From Octopus sinensis (lineage: Eukaryota), in NCBI RefSeq assembly GCF_006345805.1, contig NC_042997.1:109120001-109184000 (forward strand): a DNA stretch of 64,000 bases, read 5' to 3'. The translations under genes were made by a program, and so were the position numbers. Position 1 is the stretch's first letter. Every line of letters starts with the position of its first letter. Below, in pieces: positions 1-12,281 of the stretch. Below the pieces are notes generated by a model. The model did not search any database. It worked only from the letters and a program-made list of their open reading frames with translations, and was not told where the DNA came from.

Positions 1-2700
1 CTCCCACACACACCCAACCACCTACCTCCCACACGCCTGTTCACACACACACATACGCAGACCCATTTAACGTACATACATTCACACATTTAATCACACA
101 CACTTACAGACATACTAGCACACACTAACATACAAACCAACATGCACATACACACACACATACATACATACGCACACACATACTACACAACACACACACA
201 CACACACAGACATACATACACACATACACACACACATACATACGCACATACATACACACACACACTCACACACACAACACACCGCACGTACATACTTCAC
301 ACACACACATGCAAACATACATGTAGGCACATACATACATACATGCCCACACATGCACACCCTTACACTGAATGCACACACACATACACCTTTTTGCATC
401 CAGGCGCCCCCCCTCTTTTCTGCTTTCCGGTTTTGGCTGATGGATCCTCGGTTCCCGCGTAGCGGGGCGTTCGAGGGCCTTTGCGCTCGCGCGCCTTGGC
501 GCGCGCTGGGGGCTTGGTCGGCCCCTTGGGCTTGCGTTGTACTGCTTGTGCGTTGTGTGCGTGAGCGCGCTTTGTGCGTGTGGGCTTGCTTCGGATGTGC
601 GCGTACGTATGTATGCATACATACCCACACACTCGCATGCATCCCTACCCACATACATACACGCACACCTACTCACACACACACACTACACACACATACC
701 TGCACACACACACACATACATACATACACATACATACCTACTTCAGACATACACACACACAGACATACACACCATACACTCACACTCACACGCATACACA
801 CACACACATACACACGCACACGTACACATACACACACACACACACCTACATACATACATTACACTTGTATACACACACACTTACATTCATACACACACAC
901 ACCTACACAGCCATACCCTCACTCAGACACACACATCTACCTACACACACACACACACACACGGACACACACCCATACATACATACATCTACACACACAC
1001 GCCTACACACATACATACACACATACATAAACACACACACATATACATATACACACATACGCACACACACATATACTTATACACATGCACACACACACAC
1101 ACATACATACATACACCCATATACATACATACACACATACCCACATACTCCTATACGCACATACATACACAAAGACATACACACTACACACTCACACAAA
1201 CATACACACACACATACTTACACACACACTCACCTGCACGCGCACACACATGCATGACAAACACCCATACACTCACACTCACATACGCACACACCAACAT
1301 AAACACGCACACGCACACACACACCTACACTCCCACACACATACACACGCACCTACATACACACACGCACGCATACACACGCACACACACATACATTACA
1401 CACGTACACACACACCCACATACACATGCATACACACACACACACAAACATGCACGGACACACCCAGACATACACCTATATACACACGCCCACACACCTA
1501 CATACACACACATATACACACGCCCACACACCTACATACACACACATACATACACACACATACACGGACACACCCACACATACTTACATACATACACCTA
1601 TACACACACGCCTACACACCTACATACACACACATGCATACACACACACACACATGTACGCACATACACACACATATACGCACATACATATATACCCACA
1701 CACATGCACACACACACACATACGCACATGCATGCATGCATGCACACGCGCACACCTACACGCATACACACACACACACGCACGTACACATACATACATA
1801 CACACACGCATACATACACCCATACACATACATGCATCCGACACACACATACATACACACTCACACATACATACACACACACACACTCACTCACACACCT
1901 GTATGTACGCGCACACACATGCACATACACACACTTCCCCACACCCACACGTACATACATACACACTCACACACATACACACACACACACGGACATACAT
2001 CTATGCACACACATACATACACACATACTCACATACATTCATCGCACACACTGCCACCCAGACATACACACAGACACACTCACACATCCACACACATACA
2101 TACTACGCGCATACTCGCAGGCACGCGCACATACGCACTTACGCCGGCTCGCGTTGCATACGCGTCGCATACACCTCGCCCTTGGACCTGACGAGACCTC
2201 CCGCCCGTTCCTGGGACCGTCGCGTGTCGTTGGGTTTTCCCACGCCTGTCTCCGCGGTACCACTCTTCCATCTTCCCCTCAGCTGGAGTCCTTTTTCCTT
2301 AACCCCCCCCTTTTTCGTTACACACACGCGCACACATACACACCTTGCCTATATATATACATCACTCTTACACACATTCAATCTACTCATTAATACCACC
2401 ACGACACTGGACACACACACACACTACTACTCAACACACGCTGGCACGCTACATACGCCCCCACCCCTTCCCCTCCCTCCCTTCCTCCTTCCTTCTTTTT
2501 CTTACTACTGACCTCCCTTCCTCCTTCTTCTTTTTCTTGTCTGCTAGCTGACCACTAGTCTCGCCCTACCTCACACGCCTACACACAGACGCACACACTA
2601 ACACACACATATTTTTTTTGTTGTTTTTTCATCTCGCCTCACACACACACATACACACACGCACATGCACACACTCACACACACACACATCTGTTGGGTT
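1..2700. repeat. Degenerate (CA)n/(CATA)n low-complexity tract with two GC-rich, A-poor islands (about 385-605 and 2140-2320); probably low-quality consensus
   Basis: Nearly all acac/atac runs with irregular substitutions. The overlapping H/T/Y and V/C/M ORFs are repeat translations. Confidence 0.85.
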
Positions 2701-2860
2701 ACCAACCTTGTCTCCACTCTTTTGCCTTAAAAACCCACTTTGCTCTTGTTATCGTCAACATCCGCCTTCACCATGTGCAACTCGTAAACACCAGTCGTCT
2801 TTTTTCTCTTTCCCTGTTGCCCGCTCTGGGATCTTTCTTTCCTCTCTCTTCCTTCTTTAT

Positions 2861-2895
2861 GTTTCCGACGAAGAGCTCCGCTCGAAACGTCATAC
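2861..2895 (+). ncRNA. Minimal type I hammerhead-like motif, U4C core variant, in a Penelope-like terminal remnant
   Basis: gttt-CCGACGA-A-GAGC-tcc-GCTC-GAAACGT-C-atac. Stem II is GAGC/GCTC, stem III is the palindrome ACGT, the cleavage triplet is GUC, and stem I has one mismatch. Confidence 0.6.
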
Positions 2896-2982
2896 CTCCC
2901 TGCTTCCATCTCCTGAGCGCCTATTAATAATAATACTGTAATTGTTCCTGTTGTTGTTGTTTTTTTGTTTCCCTTTTGGATT

Positions 2983-3034
<52 letters not shown>

Positions 3035-3128
3035 GTTGGACTTTACAGGAGAATTAAGACAAAAGACGAAGACGCCTGTGTAAACAACCATCAAATGTAT
3101 TAGTTCAACGCTCTGGAAGTAAGAAAAT

Positions 3129-3164
3129 CTTTTACGTTTCGAGCCTACGCTCTTCAACAGAAAG
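3129..3164 (-). ncRNA. Minimal type I hammerhead-like motif, A6U core variant
   Basis: Minus strand reads cttt-CTGTTGA-A-GAGC-gtag-GCTC-GAAACGT-A-aaag. Stem I (CTTT/AAAG) and stem II are perfect, and the triplet is GUA. Confidence 0.6.
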
Positions 3165-3354
3165 GAACACAGAAATAAACAGGGAGAGAAAATAGAAAAA
3201 AATGTTTAGTGGCTTTCGACCAAATATCCTACATATATATTTATTTCTACTTTTATTCTCTTATTTCCCCTTAAACTTCGTATTTCCATCCTTTTCCAAA
3301 ATAACTCCTGATATTGAACTCTAAATATTTCCCTCTATTTAACAATCTCACATT

Positions 3355-3402
3355 GTCTCTGATGAAAGGTTATCCCTAATATCCCAAGAGCAGCTGTAGG
3401 AC
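3355..3402 (+). ncRNA. Degraded hammerhead motif of the same family as 42263-42503
   Basis: gtct-CTGATGA...atatccc-aaGAGCAGCTGTA-ggac. The core and the CAGCTG palindrome are kept, but GAAAC is mutated. Confidence 0.45.
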
Positions 3403-3786
3403 TAACTTTCTCTCTCTAGATGTCTTGAAAATTCCACGCAGCCTTGGCTTTGTTGTGTCATTTCATTTAACACACACAAGTGCGTGTGTTTGTGTGCTTA
3501 AAAACAAAGGAAGTAGTCAGAATATTGGATAATTCCTCTATTAATACTTTCGTCTCGTTCATTGAGACTCAAGTTTTCTGTCTTTTATACAAATTTTAAA
3601 GTTGTATGTAAGCAGAAAAACATTTTCGTCTATAGAATTCATATATGATGAGTCTCTAATAAAGACTTATCCCAAATTCTGACTCCTTCCTTTTTTCTTA
3701 ATATATAAAATCTGTATACCACTTCAAACAACCTATACATACATGCACGCACACACACACAAACACACACACACACACAGAAACAC

Positions 3787-3837
<51 letters not shown>

Positions 3838-4401
3838 CGCACAGGCACACACAGATATATACACACACAGACAGATATGAGTATACACACACACGCGCGA
3901 ATGAACGAACAGACGGACGTTACACCCAGTACATTTGGTAGGAATTACATATATTATTTTATATGACTAATACACCAAATATCGTAGGTTCTTAGAACGA
4001 GCATCTCTCGTCAGGCAACGAGATACGTTTTTGAAGTCTGTAAAATTTCTCACTGTGTTTTTCACATGTTAAATATTCTCTGCTGCGCTTTGCCCACGAG
4101 AGTTTTCTAAATGTGGATATCCATTGAAGCTAATTAACGGATTAGTGATTAATCAAGTTATGCCATGCGTTTACTCTACTTTTGCCGTGTTTTAGGCTGT
4201 TTCTTAGACATTTCTACGATACTGACATGAAGGCAATAGACGAGACATTTATCCCTGAAGACCATCGTCCAATGGCATAGCGTTTTGGCACACGTAAACG
4301 TGAGCCTCTCTCTCTCCCTAGGGCCGTATATTTCATAACATAATAATATAGTTGACATTATTTACATTTGACGGATATTTGTCCTCATCTTGTTTGTCGT
4401 T

Positions 4402-4448
4402 AACATAACGTTTCAGCTGATATACTCTTCAGCCTTCATCAGGTGTCT
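4402..4448 (-). ncRNA. Type I hammerhead ribozyme motif (inverted copy)
   Basis: Minus strand reads gacac-CTGATGA-A-GGCTGA-agagtata-TCAGCT-GAAACGT-T-atgtt. Confidence 0.7.
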
Positions 4449-4582
4449 TGGGGAAATTTCGAACCTGGGTTCTCATTCCTAAGCGTAGTGGTTAAGAGCG
4501 CGGGCTACTGACTCCAAGATTCCCAGTTCCATTCCAGGCAGTGACCTGAATAATAATAATGATAATAATAATAATAATAATA

Positions 4583-4626
<44 letters not shown>

Positions 4627-4669
4627 TCGAAACATAGAAATGAGAACTCAGGTTCGAAATTTCCCCCAA

Positions 4670-4715
4670 GATACCTGATGAAGGCTGGAGGGGTTATCAG
4701 CCGAAACGTTGTGTT
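4670..4715 (+). ncRNA. Type I hammerhead ribozyme motif
   Basis: gatac-CTGATGA-A-GGCTG-gaggggttat-CAGCC-GAAACGT-T-gtgtt. Canonical core, 5-bp stem II, 5-bp stem I with wobbles, palindromic ACGT stem III, GUU site. Confidence 0.8.
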
Positions 4716-5851
4716 AACAATAAACATGATGAGGACAAATATCCGTCGAATATAAATAATGTAAATCATGTACATAATTCCTCACCTCTTAAATATAGAA
4801 CTATGATAATATTATAGCTGCAACCGATTTCATGTCATCTATAATGCAATACCACAGCTTTAACTCGATACTACAATACCAAAGCGCCAACATATTTAGT
4901 ATCTTTACCTATAATTTAAGTACTGCATTACTATACTATACCATAGTGTGGAACTCTGGTTCTTTAGATCCTAGATTTGAGGAATGTAGAATCCTATATT
5001 AGCTATTATTGTTCTCAGGAACACTCTGGCCCGCACTACTGTCAGGGTTCTAGCTAGGGGTTAATTAGCTTGTCACAAATTTGCCTCCAGCAGAAGACCA
5101 CTCGTGCACATCCCTACCGCTCAGCAATGAGGCCTTATATTTCTTTAGCTGCTCATCTAAGAGAAGATAACACATCCTAATGCATACTGGGCTCGTGCCA
5201 GTTATTACACAATTAAAATATAAGTTTTAGGGAAGAGACAGCGGGAATGACTCTGCAGAAACCATGTCCTCTATAAAAATAGAATGAGCCCCTGCTTCCT
5301 TGAGGGGTATTTCATTGGGCGTGTAAAAATGCTAAGAATGCAAAAGCTAGACACAATCCGGTGTGAAGAAGCTGAAGGCAGATGTGTACAGTGAAACTTA
5401 AACAATATCTGGCTCAATGGAATCTGCGAACATAGTGACTAGTCTTTCCTTCGTGACATATCCATGAACGGAGATGTACGTTCAGATGGAGCTAAGCACG
5501 AGTTTCTGAACACAGCCTCGGCTCAACAAAGATGGTTGAATTACAGTCTGTACCCTCTACAAGCAACAATAAGGGCCAAACATATTTCTGATTTCACTAT
5601 ATACTTCAATACGGCACATTTCAAGTAAAGATATTTGCAGTTAGCAGATGCATATATTTTGGGGTCTATTACAGATAAGGAATTTTGCAGATACATTTGC
5701 ACACACTCACAGATATATATGCACACAAACATATACATAGCGAACCAACACACCTTTCTTTCGAACGTGCATACATAAATACACGCACCCAAACAAATGT
5801 ACGTTAGTGTGTCTACGCGCGAGAGTGTTTGTGAGTGTGCGTGCATGCATG

Positions 5852-5908
<57 letters not shown>

Positions 5909-6025
5909 ATATGTATATATCAATAGCTTAAAGAAAACAGAGAATATACATAGTATAATAAATTTTTTATCATAGTGCAATCAATTAATAAGTTCTTACA
6001 TTTTTCGCCTCCGTTAGATGTATTT

Positions 6026-6060
<35 letters not shown>

Positions 6061-6426
6061 TGGTCTGTGTGTAAGTATATATATATATATATATATATAG
6101 GCTTAGATAAATAGCAATGTCGCTTGTTTCGTGATTGATCGCTCCTCTCAGCAGGAAATGGTGGTGTTTCGATGTGCAGAGTTGGAAATTCGTTGTTTAC
6201 GACTCTGGATGCAAAAGAGATATAAAAGAATACAGAAAGGTCATTGATGAATATTTTAATGTTTCTGCAATATCTTTTTCTTCTTCATTAATCCCAGCAG
6301 TGCCGTGTGATAAATCCCTGGTCTCTAATAAGCTTTCTAATACAAATAAATGCCAACTGACGCATTTTAACTTGGGGGTTTAGATATATATATATATATA
6401 TGTATATAAATATATATATATATATA

Positions 6427-6474
<48 letters not shown>

Positions 6475-6525
6475 GATATATATACACACACACACATATA
6501 TATATATATATATGTAGATATATAT

Positions 6526-6604
<79 letters not shown>

Positions 6605-7154
6605 TTGTATATAGTTATTTCCTGCTGGTTGTGTAGATAAGGTGTTGTGCCAGTTCGACTGTCCTACGTTCTATCCGTGCGGGAGTCAGTTCAGTCATAT
6701 TGACTCAGATCAGTGATACCTGAATACAGCCAAAGCTTCGAAGATGTCACTGTTACCTCTTTTCTTGTAAGTTTATGTAAATATAAAAGATTATTCGCAT
6801 ATTTATTTTTAATCTGTGTTGGCAGGTGAAGATGCGTAAAATGCTGATTGCTGTCGTGTATGTCAATGGAGAATAACTCCTATATGACGTTCACCACAAC
6901 AAACAGCATGTCTTGCGTCTGGACCTATCTTGGTGTATTAAGCACAAATATGCTAATAACAAATTTCAGGGTCAAGAAAAAAACCCATAATTCTCATGTA
7001 CATTTTATTAGGAAGTTGAATGAGTTAAATTCGAATTTTATAACAAAAATTTCCCATCTCGTTACATTTTCTTGTAAATTACCGACTAAATAACAAATTA
7101 TACCAATTTCCACGATGCCATAAATTTATTTTGCTCCCAAAGTCAGATTAATTA

Positions 7155-8438
7155 CGAGGGACGTTCAATAAATAATGTCTCTGACCCACTTGCAGTTGTT
7201 TGATCTAGCTGAAATTTTGCATGTGCAATCATTTATATCTCTATAGAGTAAGTGGCAAATTACAGCTCTGAATTAATTGTGGTTTCTGATTTACAGGTGT
7301 TTGAACCGAGTCAAGTGTGAAATGGAGCCTGTTGAGTGTCGAGCAGTGATCCGGTTTTTGTATTTGAAAGGACGCACACCACGGGAGACTTTTTGATGAA
7401 ATGAAAGCAACTTATGGTGATGATGCCCCATCATATGAACTTGTTAAACGCTGGCATTCAAACATAGTCGGAACTCTGTGGAAACAGCTCCCAGATCTGG
7501 TGGCCCCTTCTGCCATTGATGAGGCATCTGTCCGTCAAGTTGAGGCTGCCATTTTGGAAGATCGACGCATAATTATTCGCCAAATAGCCCATGAAGTCAA
7601 GATTAGTACCGGGTCTGTGGAAACTATCATTCATGACCATTTGCATATGCAAAAGGTGTCTGCCAGATGGATTCCCAGGTTGCTCACGCCTTTCCAGAAG
7701 CAAGAACGCGTCGAGTGCTCGAGGGTGAATTTGGAGATGTGCCAAGAAGATGAGTCAAAATTTTTCAAAAGACTGATTACACAGGATGAAACCTGGGTCC
7801 ATCACGATGATCCAGAGACCAAAGCCCAGTCAATGCAGTGGAAGCACCGTGACTCACCTCCTCCAAAGAAGTGAAGGGTGCAGCCCTCCTCTGGCAAGGT
7901 CATGCTCACAGTCTTCTGGGACCAGGACGAAGTAGTGATGACAGATTTCCTGGCAAAGGGTACCACAATTGCAGGAGCCTATTATGCTTCACTTTTGAGG
8001 AAATTAAGAGAAGTTATCAAAATCAAGAGGCGGGGCAAGATCAGCAAAGGCATCCTCCTCCTGCAGGACAACGCTCCGGTCCACAACTCGCTTGTCGCCA
8101 GATCAGAAGCACAGGCGTATGGCTATGAACTCCTCCCCCATCCCCCTACTTTCCTGATCTTGCACACTCTGATTTTCACCTCTTCCCAGTCATGAAGTTG
8201 TTTTTGAAAGGAAAGCGTTTCCCAGATGATGCAGCCTTGATTTCTGAAGTCACGTTCAGGTTGGAGGACCAAGCTGGGGTCTTCTACAAAAACGGTCTCC
8301 AGAGCTGCATCAAACAATGGGAGAAATGCGTAACTCTGGGTGGTTCCTATGTAGAAAAAGACTAATGACTGTGCCAAGTTTCGTTGCTCTACTGCTATGG
8401 CAAGTGGGTCAAGGGCATTACTTATTGAACGCCCCTCG
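7155..8438 (+). mobile_element. Full-length mariner DNA transposon (about 1.28 kb, irritans-like)
   Basis: About 38-bp TIRs (cgagggacgttcaataaataatg... and ...cattacttattgaacgcccctcg), with TA on both sides (7153-7154 and 8439-8440). Confidence 0.95.
7322..8365 (+). pseudogene. Mariner DD34D transposase, disrupted by frameshifts and a stop
   Basis: MEPVECRAVIRFLYLKG..., WIPRLLT, ITQDETWVHH, KVMLTVFWD, QDNAPVH, and a frameshifted LPHPP(YS)PDLA(P)SDFHL. Ends ...YVEKD*. Confidence 0.92.
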
Positions 8439-8519
8439 TATGTCCATTGTAATAAATTCATAAATATCTAATGAATCGGCTTGTTTGTTAGCATTATATA
8501 ATGCATTTTAATATTTACT

Positions 8520-9720
8520 TCTTCGTTTATAAGACCTTTCAGGTGTGTCACGCTTCAGGTTCCAGAAGAACTCAGCCAGCATAGCTGGGCCCCATTTTCC
8601 CTTATACTTGTTTTCCATTGACGCTATATCTTGATGTAACCTCTCTCATTGTTCATCATTCACATCTCCTGCATTCTCTGGGAAGAAGGACAGATGAAAA
8701 TGAAGAAAGTGTACCTTCAGCAACATATTGCATCTGGGATCTTGGTAGCACTTGATTAGGCTCTCCACTATACTCTCTCGCTGGATCACTTGGTGCTTTC
8801 CCAGAAGTCATTTGATTACATTTTGAATGCATGTCAGGCCGCTAGCTCAGTTCCATCAATTGTCGCCTCGAAGCCCTCATCAACTATATTTAAGGGCCTA
8901 CTAATATGCCCTCTTTAATCTTGGCATCACTTATTTTAAGGGGAGATCGCCTTGAGGTACTGGAAACATGACTTGTTATGTTGCAGTGCTTTAGTAAATT
9001 GCTTTATTAGGTTTATATACATTGGTATATACATTGGTATATACATCTTTCTTAACCAGTGGCTCATGTTTTACATTATGACATCCAGGCATCATAGTTT
9101 CCCGAGGTGGCCATTCTGGGCGTACATAATATTCTGATCTGGCCTTACTGTCCCACTTGCAAAGGAAGCACATAAACTTGGCGGCCCATTAAGTAGGTCC
9201 ACTACTATCAAGTCCGCACAAATTAGCCACTCATGCGACTTGTAACTTATGCAGTCTAGAATAAGAGAGAGGTTCTCATATGTCTCTCTTAAAATGACTG
9301 AGTGAGAAATTAGAACTGAAGGCACGATGTTCCTGATATGCGCAGCAGAACCACTTTTATTCTGTAAAGGGGTGCATCTATGAATAAACCCCATTCAATT
9401 GGTTCATAGGTCAACTCAAGGGCATTGGATACGTCTCTGATATCATTACAATAAATCAAGTTGTTTTCCAGTGAAGAATTGCTGTAGATCTGCAGAACGC
9501 TTCCTAAATACTGTAATTCGAGCATCTTTACCCAACAGGTTCCATTGTTGCAGAATTGGGGGCCAGGACTTCACTCTGTTGAGTTCAGGTTGTGTGATGC
9601 GGTGTAGTTTCTTGTCAGATTCACCACAGATCTGAACCCATATGACTGTAAAACTATTGAGTATACTTTTATAATTTTCATAAGTTAGGTTGACAAATAC
9701 CTTAAGAACACCCAATTAAA
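8520..9720 (-). pseudogene. Chapaev3/CMC-like DNA transposase pseudogene
   Basis: Minus-strand fragments: EWGLFID, SHSVILRETYENLSLIL...WLICADL, CFLCKWDSKAR...NVKHEPLV, ISDAKIKEGILVGP, KVHFLHFHLSFFPEN, HQDIASMENKYKGKWGPAMLAEFFWNLKRD. The family was assigned from remembered motifs. Confidence 0.7.
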
Positions 9721-10594
9721 ATTATATCAAAACCCGTTCATGACTTTTAGAGTTGTTAGTTTCGACCCAATCCTGTTTGCATTTAATTCCTACGGAAACA
9801 TTAGTGCATTTAACGTAAGATGGCAATTTATGAGAAAGTGGAGAGGCACAGAAAGAAACGGATGTTGTATTCGTGATCTACACACAAAATACCTCTAGGA
9901 AATGTTATTCTCATTTTCATCTTTTTGTCATCTTTATACAGTATAATCATTCCAGAACTGGCTGTACATGGTGAAAATAACGAGTTCTTTTTAAATGAAT
10001 ATGTACTCTACTAAGAAAAAGTATTGGGCAATCGTTCAGTTTAATGTTAGATAGTTTATTACTTGACATAATAGCAAACATTACATATCTTGGTGTGTTT
10101 TAGGAGGGTCATTACGTCAATAGTGATAAGACATATACTGGTTTAATATCAGTACCTTATTGTGGGTCAACTGGTTAAATATCTAACCAACTAAATAATT
10201 GATCGTTTGTTTAACGTGCTCGTTAAACAATCAACTGGGTATTTGTAAATCAAAGTCTTTTCGACACAATTTATAACGTCACCAATGACTTTCTCTCTTC
10301 AGGGACTGTCCTGAGACAGACGTAAGGATGACCTTGCACACACACACACACACACATGCACGCACGTACGCATGCACACACGTACGCATGCACGAACCCA
10401 CACACACACATAGACACATATGTATATGGATATACATATGCATGCTATGTAGTATGCATGAAAAGTTCAATTAAAACAACAATTGAGTAGAAAAGTTGCC
10501 ATTTTCTGCACCCGTATATGCATAATTATAGACTTAAATACGCACATTTATACACAAATTCGCTCATGCATATATGCATACACATATACATACA

Positions 10595-10628
<34 letters not shown>

Positions 10629-10634
<6 letters not shown>

Positions 10635-11263
10635 TAGTGTACATTTAAACACAAAAAACTACCCTTTAACAGGTAATTTTTACATGCTAGAAATAGCAGC
10701 CAACACGGCCAAAACCACGATTTAATAGCAATTTTCGAAGTAAATGAAAAATAAAACTTTTACCTTGTTATTTTTATTAGCGGTTATACCATAGTTTCAA
10801 ATTTCTTGCAAATAAGATTATTTGCCAACCTTTAATAGGTAATTTAGCAAAATAATATTATCCACCAGGTGATTTCACGTCAGTAACCGGCCTTAAAAAC
10901 TAACTTATAATTCGGAGACAAGATAACACGTATCTCGTCATTATATGTCAAAATGTTTCAAAATTCCGCGCGCAGGCGCATTTACAGTCGGCAATGAAAA
11001 CAATGCCGAGCTGAATCTTCGAGAATGCTAAGAACATATTCATAAGATACATCTATCTGGTGGCGAATATTCGTTATAAATATCACCCCCAGTGGCCTAG
11101 CATGTATAAATAGTCAATAGACAACATATTCATATTTTAAAATAGTGTACAATTAAACACAAAAGAAAACTACCCTTTAACAGGTATTGACTATTTATAC
11201 ATGCTAGGCTACTGGTGGTGATATTTATAACGAATATTCGCTACCCTATATATGTATCTTATG
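10629..11263. repeat. Unclassified element with an about 65-bp direct repeat and a 79-bp-arm hairpin
   Basis: 10629-10690 matches 11137-11207 (direct). 11041-11119 is the reverse complement of 11185-11263. Confidence 0.75.
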
Positions 11264-11286
11264 CGTGTATATATATATATATATAT

Positions 11287-11883
11287 GAGTCATCCCATAA
11301 ATAATGCGGCTTTTTATACTTTTATTTTTCAAAATTGAGATAAATAAAGTTCGTTCTTAGTATAAAATATACTCTCCTTCATTTGTTAGAATGTCCTTCC
11401 ATTTATCTGTTAGATTTACAACGCGCCTCTTCCAAAATTCACTTGTCCACTACGAAAAATACTCAACGGTACTATTCTGACCTCGTCTACAGAATTCATT
11501 TGTGAGACGTGACGGGAAAGAAGAGCACACATTCAATCTCTGCGCACGATTAGACTCGGAAAGTTTGTGAGGAAACCATTGATCCAATTTGCTGACTTTT
11601 CCGATGGTATACAAGTATCGATGTATGGTTGAATGACCAAATCCAAGCTTCTCTGCTAGTTCCTCAACAGTTACGAGGGATTTTGTTCCACCAGGAACGT
11701 CCTCATCGAGCTATCCAGATCTTCCAGGACGAGGCTAATCTCCTAATCTAGTTTCCAGTTCAAAATTTCTGGAAACACCTTAGACACTGGCTTACGTTTA
11801 TTGTCCGATCCCCATATACTGTATCAAAATTCCGACTTTTAGTTCATGCGATTGATAAAACCGCATTATTTATGAGGTGACCC
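11287..11883 (-). mobile_element. Internally deleted mariner element
   Basis: TIRs are gagtcatcccataaataatgcgg and ccgcattatttatgaggtgaccc. The minus strand keeps N-terminal HTH remnants (VTVEELAEKLGF...KLDQWFPHKLSE) joined to the C-terminus (FWKRRVVNLTDKWKDILTNEGEYIL*); the catalytic core is absent. Confidence 0.85.
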
Positions 11884-12200
11884 AATACATAATCATATAT
11901 AAATGTCGGTGTGCGCGAGCGTATGTTTTGTCATCTGAATAATACACTAAAGAGGCCTAATTAAACCGAAACATCTCATTTGTCTTCCCATATTATAATG
12001 AAATAACTAGTAATATTAATCTTTGTATATATGGTTATGTGTACACATACATTGTATGTTAACGAGCGTTTATTTATAATCTATGCAGATAATAAACGTA
12101 TAATATTTTTTATATACATACACACATATATGTATGTATGTATGTTTGTATGTATGTATGTACGTATATATGTATGCATGTATGTATATATGTATGTATG

Positions 12201-12281
<81 letters not shown>

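Larger units (their letters stand above)
4340..4812 (+). mobile_element. tRNA-headed short element with internal (TAA)n and a 3' hammerhead module, preceded by an inverted copy of its own 3' part
   Basis: 4483-4547 is a tRNA-like head (gcgtagtggttaagagc...agttccattccagg, A/B-box-like). 4548-4624 is (TAA)n. 4636-4765 is the reverse complement of 4354-4480. A possible imperfect TSD is ataataatat (4340-4349) versus atgataatat (4803-4812). Confidence 0.7.

Noticed and set aside
115-2511. Long ORFs of up to 618 aa rich in H/T/Y or V/C/M
   Set aside because: They are translations of CA/TG repeats that are open in several frames and have no domain content.
3992-4110. Imperfect inverted repeat (ctctcgt...ggcaa / ttgccc acgagag) as a MITE
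   Set aside because: The arms are short and gapped, there is no clear TSD, and it occurs once.
4483-4547. Functional tRNA gene
   Set aside because: The acceptor stem is incomplete and the B-box is degenerate; this and similar heads are SINE-derived.
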